A program made the position numbers and the translations under genes. From Myxococcota bacterium (GTDB taxonomy: Bacteria > Myxococcota_A > UBA9042 > PHBI01 > JAWLBL01): 64,000 nt of DNA. Of the stretch, positions 60,744-64,000 are shown one piece after another; positions within the stretch are counted from its first letter, which is position 1, and every line of letters begins with the position of its first letter. Location: contig JAWLBL010000014.1 in assembly GCA_041687695.1 (NCBI GenBank), forward strand, positions 96,001 to 160,000, read 5' to 3'. Under the pieces are notes generated by a model. That model did not search any database. It had not been told where the DNA came from and worked only from the letters and a program-made list of their open reading frames with translations.

Positions 60744-60996
60744 GGGCGGTTCCTGAACCGACGGCAGGGGGTCGCCGCAAGAGTGCCCCAAGCCCGGTTC
60801 ACCGGCTACGTTCCGAGCGCGTGCGGCCGCGGCGCAGGGCGGCGCGGAGCGCGCGCTGCGGCGACGCTGAGCGGCAGCCCCCATGACACGCGCGTCATGG
60901 CCCCGGTGGATTCGCGGAGGCGACGCGCCGCGAGCGCGAGCGACTGGACGGCCCGGCGCGCCGCCCCCATGGCGTCTCCATGGCGTCTCGCGGTGC

Positions 60997-61012
60997 AGGC
61001 ACGAGCTTTGCA
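60997..61012 (+). promoter_or_regulatory. Sigma-54 (-24/-12) promoter
   Basis: AGGCACGAGCTTTGCA, GG-N10-GC, 55 nt upstream of ATG 61068. Confidence 0.7.
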
Positions 61013-61067
61013 GGATGAGAGCGAAGGACTTGCGTCATAACGCAGCGCGTCATATGGAGTCCTCCTC

Positions 61068-62054
61068 ATGAAGCCTCGCCTCTCGCTCGAACCCGCGCCG
61101 ACTGCTGCCATGGGCGCCGTCCCCGGCAGCCGCACCTCGGCCGCGCCGGTCGTCCTCACCTGCCGCGAGCGCGCGCAGGACTTCGAGGTGGTGTCGGCCG
61201 ACCCCTTCTGCGGGGTGCTGCAGACCCCGGCTGGCCGGCGCACGCCCCCCATCGGCGCCAGGCTGACCCTGTCCGGGCACGACGCGGGGCTCGGTGACGT
61301 GGTCTTCGTCGCGGTGGTGACGGGGCTCGGGGCCGACGTGGGCGCCGGCGGTTCGTCGCCGGTGCGGCGCTTGACGGTCGAGTGGGCCGAGGTGGCGGCC
61401 AGCGGGCGGCGACAGACGCTCATCGACGCGCTGCACCGCGTCCTGGGCCTGCGGGCCCGCCGGACCAGCGCCGAGGACTCGCTGTCGCGCCAACGCGTCC
61501 TCGTCTACGACGCCGTCGCCCGTCAGGTCCGCCTGACGACGCTCGCCGAGCGGCCCGACCTGGCCCTCGCCCTGGCCCCCGAGCTCCCGTCCGCTCCGGG
61601 TCGGCGCCAGTCCCTGCCCGGCGGCCGGCCCCGCACGCAGCCGCGCATCCTGGTGGACACGGGCCGTCCGGTGGTCGCGCAGCCGCACGTGTCGCCGCTG
61701 GTCGTGACCCTGGGCCGCACCGAGCCGCGCCCCATGCCCGTCTACCGGCGCACGGCGGCCGCCGGGACCTACTCGCTGGGCGACCGCACGACGCCCATGG
61801 AGGTCACGCTGCTCGGCCTGACCCACTGCATGTTCGTGATGCAGGGCGTCGACGCGCCGCCCGTCGGGGCGCACGTCGAGCTGGCCGTCCCGGCCGACCC
61901 GGTGGCGATGGGGCACGTCCTGGTCAGCGGCCAGGTCAGCCTGGTCACCGCCGACGCCTACCACGGCCGGGCCTTCGTCGAGGTGGATCTGCAGTCGCGG
62001 CAGCTCCCGCCGCTGTACCACCGCCTGGTCATGCACTGGGGCCGCCGGGGCTGA
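61068..62054 (+). CDS. Hypothetical protein, two beta-rich domains (PilZ-like fold suspected)
   Basis: SD GGAG; PPIGARLTL and PPVGAHVELAV..VSGQVS segments; PilZ call is weak. Confidence 0.55.
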   Translation: MKPRLSLEPAPTAAMGAVPGSRTSAAPVVLTCRERAQDFEVVSADPFCGVLQTPAGRRTPPIGARLTLSGHDAGLGDVVFVAVVTGLGADVGAGGSSPVRRLTVEWAEVAASGRRQTLIDALHRVLGLRARRTSAEDSLSRQRVLVYDAVARQVRLTTLAERPDLALALAPELPSAPGRRQSLPGGRPRTQPRILVDTGRPVVAQPHVSPLVVTLGRTEPRPMPVYRRTAAAGTYSLGDRTTPMEVTLLGLTHCMFVMQGVDAPPVGAHVELAVPADPVAMGHVLVSGQVSLVTADAYHGRAFVEVDLQSRQLPPLYHRLVMHWGRRG

Positions 62055-62152
62055 CCTGCCCGCCCGCGGCCCCGGGCTTCACAGCGCGCCGGAATGCCGG
62101 GACGATGTCGGCCGTTGCCGCGGCGACCCCTCTCCCGAGCCCAGGCCAGCCC

Positions 62153-64000
62153 ATGATCCGTCGATCCTCGCGCCGCCGCCCGGCGCGCCTCGGCCCGCTC
62201 TTCGGCGCGACCTGCGCCGCGGTGCTCGCGCTGACCGCATGCGGCGAGCCGCCGCGCCCCGACGACGCGCCGGCCCCCCGCGCCGGCCTGGCGACCCAGG
62301 CGCCCGGCGTGCCGACGACCGGCGCCGGGACGGCCGCTGGCGCTCCTCCCGCCGCCCCGACCCAGGCGCCGACGGCGCTCCAGGGGGCGACGCCGCCACC
62401 CGCCGCGGACGACCGGCTCACGCGGGTGCGCGCCCTGCTCGGGCGCACCCTGAACACCACGGCCGGCGACCTCGCCCGGTTCGAGGGCGCGCCGCACTAC
62501 CAGCTGACGCTCGACTTCGACGCCGGGCTGATGGCCTACGACGGCTCGTCGCGCCTGACGCTGACGCCCCGGGCTGGCGGCGAGCGCCTGGTCTTCCTGC
62601 TGTACCCGAACTCGCCCGAGCTGGTGCACGCCGGGACGCAGAACCTGTCGGTCTCCGAGGTGCGCGTGGCCGGTCGGCCGGTCCAGCCGACGTTCGACGG
62701 GCCGCTGATGACGGTGCCCCTGCCGGCCGGCGTCGCGAACGGCGGCCCCCTGACGGTGGAGATGCGCTTTCGAGGGGTCCTGTTCCGGCTGCCCGAGGGC
62801 GCGGCCGACGCCGAGCGCGTGGCGCTCGATCAGCTGCTGAAGATGGTGGTCGGCGGCGAGCACGAAAAGGGCGGCTTCGGCGTCTTCAGCTACGGCGACC
62901 GGGTGGCCAGCCTGGGCCTGTGGTACCCCATCCTGGCCAACTTCTCCGAAGAGGGCGGCTGGGACACGCGGCCGGGCGCGGCGGTCGGGGACGTGAGCTT
63001 CTTCGACGTCGCCAACTACGAGCTCGAGGTCACCGCGCCGTGGGACATGACCGTCATCACCACGGGGGTGACCGCGGGGCGGCAAGCCGAGGGCGACCGC
63101 CAGCGCGTGCGGGTCGAGGCCGGCGCCGTGCGCGAGCTGGCGGTGCAGATGTCGCGCGAGTACGCGTCGACGTCGACCGTCGTCGACGGCGTGAAGGTCA
63201 CCAGCTGGTACTTGCCCGAGCACGCCGACGCCGGCCGCCGGGTGCTCGAGCACGCGCGCGACGCGCTGCGCGAGTTTGGCCAGGCCTTCGGCCCCTACCC
63301 CTACACCGAGCTGGACGTGGTCGAGGCGCCCCTGGTCGGGGGCGCGGCCGGCGTCGAGTTCCCGGGCCTGGTCACCATCGGCAAGATGCTCTACGGCCCC
63401 CCGGCGCTGGTCCCGGGCTCGGCGCCGCCGGGCGTGGACGTCGGGAGCCTGCTGGGCGACACGCTCGAGTTCGTCGTCGCCCACGAGGTCGCCCACGAGT
63501 GGTGGAACGCCGTGGTCGGCAGCGACAGCAAGCGCCACCCGTTCCTGGACGAGGCGTTGGCGAACCACAGCGCCGTCCTGTACTTCGACCGCAAGTACGG
63601 GCCCGAGGCCGCCCGCAAGCAGCGCGCGATGCAGCTCGAGCTGCCCTACCACATGGCCCGCATGGCCGGCGCCCAGGACCGCCGGGTCGACCTGCCGACC
63701 GACGCCTTCGACGACCTGAACGAGTACGCCGCCATCGTCTACGGCAAGGGCGGCCTCTTCTTCGAACACATGCGGCAGCGCCTGGGCGACGAGCGCTGGC
63801 TGACCTTCCTGCGCGACTACTACCGCCGCCACGCCTTCGGCCTGGCCACGCCGGCCTCGCTGGTCGACGCGATGGCCGCGGCGTCGTCCGACCCGGCCGA
63901 CGTCCGGGCCCGGGCCGACCGCTGGCTCAAGCAGGCCTTCGGCGACCTGGACATCGGCCCGCCCGACGCGACGGCCCTGCTGCGGACCCTGGTCGAGGGC
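62153..64000 (+). CDS. M1 family metallopeptidase lipoprotein (3'-partial)
   Basis: Not in the ORF track (no stop in window). ATG 62153, lipobox LTAC, FGPYPY, GVEFPGL, HEVAHEWW..LDEALA, VYGKG in one frame. Confidence 0.9.
   Translation, partial: MIRRSSRRRPARLGPLFGATCAAVLALTACGEPPRPDDAPAPRAGLATQAPGVPTTGAGTAAGAPPAAPTQAPTALQGATPPPAADDRLTRVRALLGRTLNTTAGDLARFEGAPHYQLTLDFDAGLMAYDGSSRLTLTPRAGGERLVFLLYPNSPELVHAGTQNLSVSEVRVAGRPVQPTFDGPLMTVPLPAGVANGGPLTVEMRFRGVLFRLPEGAADAERVALDQLLKMVVGGEHEKGGFGVFSYGDRVASLGLWYPILANFSEEGGWDTRPGAAVGDVSFFDVANYELEVTAPWDMTVITTGVTAGRQAEGDRQRVRVEAGAVRELAVQMSREYASTSTVVDGVKVTSWYLPEHADAGRRVLEHARDALREFGQAFGPYPYTELDVVEAPLVGGAAGVEFPGLVTIGKMLYGPPALVPGSAPPGVDVGSLLGDTLEFVVAHEVAHEWWNAVVGSDSKRHPFLDEALANHSAVLYFDRKYGPEAARKQRAMQLELPYHMARMAGAQDRRVDLPTDAFDDLNEYAAIVYGKGGLFFEHMRQRLGDERWLTFLRDYYRRHAFGLATPASLVDAMAAASSDPADVRARADRWLKQAFGDLDIGPPDATALLRTLVEG

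Noticed and set aside
61958..63832. 624-aa minus-strand ORF
   Set aside because: Antisense to the M1 peptidase, which has HEXXH-based motifs and runs off the window

Overview
Very GC-rich bacterial chromosomal segment. Gene content (Cys-rich lipoproteins, PEGA protein, SurA-like/DsbA lipoproteins, sigma-54 promoters) suggests a Myxococcota-like deltaproteobacterium; this is inference only. About 57 plausible CDSs. Housekeeping genes include hisN, tolB-like, feoA-feoB, hemF, fdx, cysD-cysN(C), dnaE, orn, nadB and bolA-grxD. The rest are mostly envelope or secreted proteins: Tat phospholipase C, penicillin-acylase-family lipoprotein, SGNH pair, lytic transglycosylase, M1 peptidase, three DsbA-like proteins, Cys-rich repeat proteins and c-type cytochromes. 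No rRNA, tRNA, CRISPR array, transposase or integrase was seen. Most notable: (i) a sigma-54 promoter plus palindromic enhancer sites driving a nucleotidyltransferase / degenerate PRTase / DHH-CBS / amidohydrolase / MBL run, divergent from an NtrC-type activator; (ii) a TetR-MMPL-LolA-like-outer-membrane-protein operon whose inner- and outer-membrane components share an acidic DDAF(D/E/A)xP / WGDE motif; (iii) DsbA paralogs beside a large Cys-repeat lipoprotein; (iv) an HNH nuclease with a structured upstream region. All family calls come from motif recognition by eye, not database searches.
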